Source: a virus (taxonomy: Duplodnaviria > Caudoviricetes). From it: a stretch of 46,561 nt of DNA. The notes under the pieces are model-generated. The model saw nothing but the letters and a program-made list of their open reading frames with translations. It ran no database searches and had not been told where the DNA came from. This document shows, in pieces, positions 44,691 to 46,561 of this stretch. Location of the stretch: positions 1 through 46,561 of IMG/VR virus record IMGVR_UViG_3300027787_000004, one strand, 5' to 3'. A program made the position numbers and the translations under genes. Every line of letters begins with the position of its first letter. The first letter of the stretch is position 1.

Positions 44691-44740
44691 AGCCCGTCGT
44701 TCGGGGGAATCGACCCCCGGGCGACGGGCTTTTTGTGTTT
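44691..44740 (+). terminator. Intrinsic terminator / structured leader before head genes
   Basis: 17-bp stem AGCCCGTCGTTCGGGGG/CCCCCGGGCGACGGGCT (2 G-U), 6-nt loop, TTTTGTGTTT. Confidence 0.75.
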
Positions 44741-44778
44741 CACACGCACGCCGGGCTCGTGACCGGCAAGGAGCCGCA

Positions 44779-45636
44779 ATGGAAGGCGAGGAAGTAGTCC
44801 AGGACGTCGACGCCGGTTCGTCCACCGGCACCGACTCGGGCGCGGACCCGTCTCAGGCGACGACACAGCCTGTTCAGCCGCCCGCCGAGCCGCAGGTTCC
44901 CTTTCACCAGCACCCGCGCTTCCAGCAACTCATCCGCGAAGGCCAGCTCTCCCGGCAGACCATCGCCACCTTGCAGCAGCAGCTGCGGGAGGAAAGCGAG
45001 CGGCGCACGGCGCTGGAAAAGAAGTTCACCGCGGGGCAGTCCACCCCGGAAGAGGCCGAGGAGCTGCGCAAGGCCGCCGGGGCGCTCGAGCGCATCCTGA
45101 TGGGCAACCCCGAGGCGCTGGAGCGGATTCTCCTCGCGCATCCGAAGTTCAAGGCCCTCGCCGAGAACGCCGACAAGCTCATGGCGACCACCGGCGGGGT
45201 GGAGCAGATCCAGCAGGCGCAGAGCCAGGCCCTCTACCGCCAGGCCCAGAGCCATATCCACGACCTGGCGAAATCGGCGGGCCTGCCCAGTGAGCCGAAA
45301 TATCTCTCCCGTCTCGTCCGCGCGGTCGCCGCGGAGGCGCAGAGCCTCCCCGACGGCAATGCTCGGTTCGCGGCGGGGGATCTCTCCGTGCTGGACGAGG
45401 CCTTCAAGGCCCTCCAGACCGATTTTCTGGCGACCACGCAGCGCGCCGGCACGGCGCAGCTGCTCCAGACCAAGAATCGCACCCAATCGCTGCCGCCCGC
45501 CCCTCGGGGAAGCGCTGCGGGGCCTCCCGGTCTCCCGAAGTTCGACCCGAATCAGCCGAACGCGCTGGGCAAGCACATGGCCCAGCTCGACAAGATCGCG
45601 GGGCAAATGCTCGCAGAGGGCGTCGGCAAGGAGTAG
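44779..45636 (+). CDS. Capsid scaffolding protein
   Basis: Acidic/Pro N-terminus, VPFHQHPRFQQL, coiled coil; between portal and capsid; AAGGAG RBS. Confidence 0.72.
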   Translation: MEGEEVVQDVDAGSSTGTDSGADPSQATTQPVQPPAEPQVPFHQHPRFQQLIREGQLSRQTIATLQQQLREESERRTALEKKFTAGQSTPEEAEELRKAAGALERILMGNPEALERILLAHPKFKALAENADKLMATTGGVEQIQQAQSQALYRQAQSHIHDLAKSAGLPSEPKYLSRLVRAVAAEAQSLPDGNARFAAGDLSVLDEAFKALQTDFLATTQRAGTAQLLQTKNRTQSLPPAPRGSAAGPPGLPKFDPNQPNALGKHMAQLDKIAGQMLAEGVGKE

Positions 45637-45639
45637 TCG

Positions 45640-46561
45640 ATGGCCGGACAGGATACCTCCACCTACGATGCCGTCCTGCGGACGGTCTATCAGGACAAGC
45701 TCGCCGAGCTGATCCCCCAGCAGGTGCCCACGCTCGAGATGTTCCAGGGCCCCGACAACTTCAGCTGGGGCGGCAAGTTCGTCGAATACGAGGCCCGCGT
45801 GGGCCGCAACCCCGGCAGCGGGTGGGCGTCGGAAGACGGCGCGCTGCCGACCGCCGGGCGCCAGCAGTACGTCGATGTGCGCATCCCGATGCGGTACATG
45901 TACGGCCGCATCCGCCTCACCAAGCAGGTCATGGAGCACTCGTCCTCGAGCCGGTTCGCCGGCCAGCGGGCGCTCTCGCAGGAGATGCAGGGGCTGGTGA
46001 AGGACATGGCCGCCGCGCAGGCGCGCACCATCTTCGGCGACGGCCGCGGCATCGTCGCCTTCGTCAACGGCACGGCGACCAGCACCACGCAGACGCTCGA
46101 CACCCCCGGCGGCTGGACCAGCACCGGGGCCACCGCCACCAACGGCTCGCGCTTCATGTACAAGGGGCAGATCCTGGCCACGATCAACCCGGCCACGGGC
46201 GCGCTCCGGGCCTCCTCGGCGACCGTCGTGCAGACGATCCCGGCCGCCGGCACCACCATCACCGTCTCGCCCTCCGTCACCTGGACGGACAACGACTACA
46301 TCGTGACCGCGCAGAACACCTCGGTCACCGACGTGGCCGACACCGGCTACGCGAAGGAAGCGATGGGCCTGGGCGGGCTCATCGACGACGGCACCTACGT
46401 GGCCACGCTGCACAACGTCAACCGCACGCTCTACCCGATCTACGCCTCGACCGTCATCGGCTCCGTGGGAGGTCTCTCCGCCGACGTGATCCAGCGCGGC
46501 TGCGACGTGTCCGACGAGAAGGGCAGCGGCGAGATCAGCGACCTCATCACGCACCAGGCCG
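45640..46561 (+). CDS. Major capsid protein (partial, runs off window end)
   Basis: MAGQDTSTYDAVLRTVY..EDGALPTAGRQQY..YMYGRIRLT..EMQGLVKD..IFGDGRG; open to 46561, so absent from ORF track. Confidence 0.82.
   Translation, partial: MAGQDTSTYDAVLRTVYQDKLAELIPQQVPTLEMFQGPDNFSWGGKFVEYEARVGRNPGSGWASEDGALPTAGRQQYVDVRIPMRYMYGRIRLTKQVMEHSSSSRFAGQRALSQEMQGLVKDMAAAQARTIFGDGRGIVAFVNGTATSTTQTLDTPGGWTSTGATATNGSRFMYKGQILATINPATGALRASSATVVQTIPAAGTTITVSPSVTWTDNDYIVTAQNTSVTDVADTGYAKEAMGLGGLIDDGTYVATLHNVNRTLYPIYASTVIGSVGGLSADVIQRGCDVSDEKGSGEISDLITHQA

Larger units (their letters stand above)
1..46561. mobile_element. Tailed (podovirus-like) temperate phage genome, near-complete, circularly permuted
   Basis: terL, portal, scaffold, capsid, adaptor/nozzle, lysis, cI/cro and replication modules are all present; tight ATGA/TAATG gene overlaps; no host housekeeping genes; no tape measure or tail tube gene seen. 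Confidence 0.93.

Overview
The window is most of the genome of a high-GC, probably temperate tailed phage with podovirus-like organisation, circularly permuted so that it starts among virion accessory genes and ends inside the major capsid gene. Gene order: fibre/adhesin/adaptor cassette 1 (1-7 kb); head-tail adaptor, nozzle, tail-collar and ejection proteins (7.5-16 kb); fibre/adaptor cassette 2 (16-20 kb); an extended lysis region containing a papain-like protease (20-23.8 kb); a leftward repressor operon with a PEP-CTERM protein (23.9-25.7 kb); a cro-like early operon with a SPOUT methyltransferase, RecT/Bet-like recombinase, replication initiator and VRR-NUC nuclease (25.8-33.6 kb); a second leftward operon (33.6-35.8 kb); then terS, MT-A70 methylase, terL, portal, scaffold and capsid (36-46.5 kb). 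No integrase, parA, RT, tRNA or CRISPR array is visible. The main non-coding observations are (i) a 28-bp XerC/XerD dif-like site with an adjacent IHF consensus just after terS, (ii) a C4/P4-CI-like cloverleaf RNA with its own upstream complementary target in front of the replication gene, (iii) a dispersed ACTAC-N7-GTAGT operator-like palindrome, (iv) a uORF plus terminator leader before the head genes and (v) a repeat-linked mosaic gene cluster. Together these suggest an integrase-less lysogenic lifestyle that uses host Xer recombinases. All product calls come from motif recognition by eye; no database searches were run.
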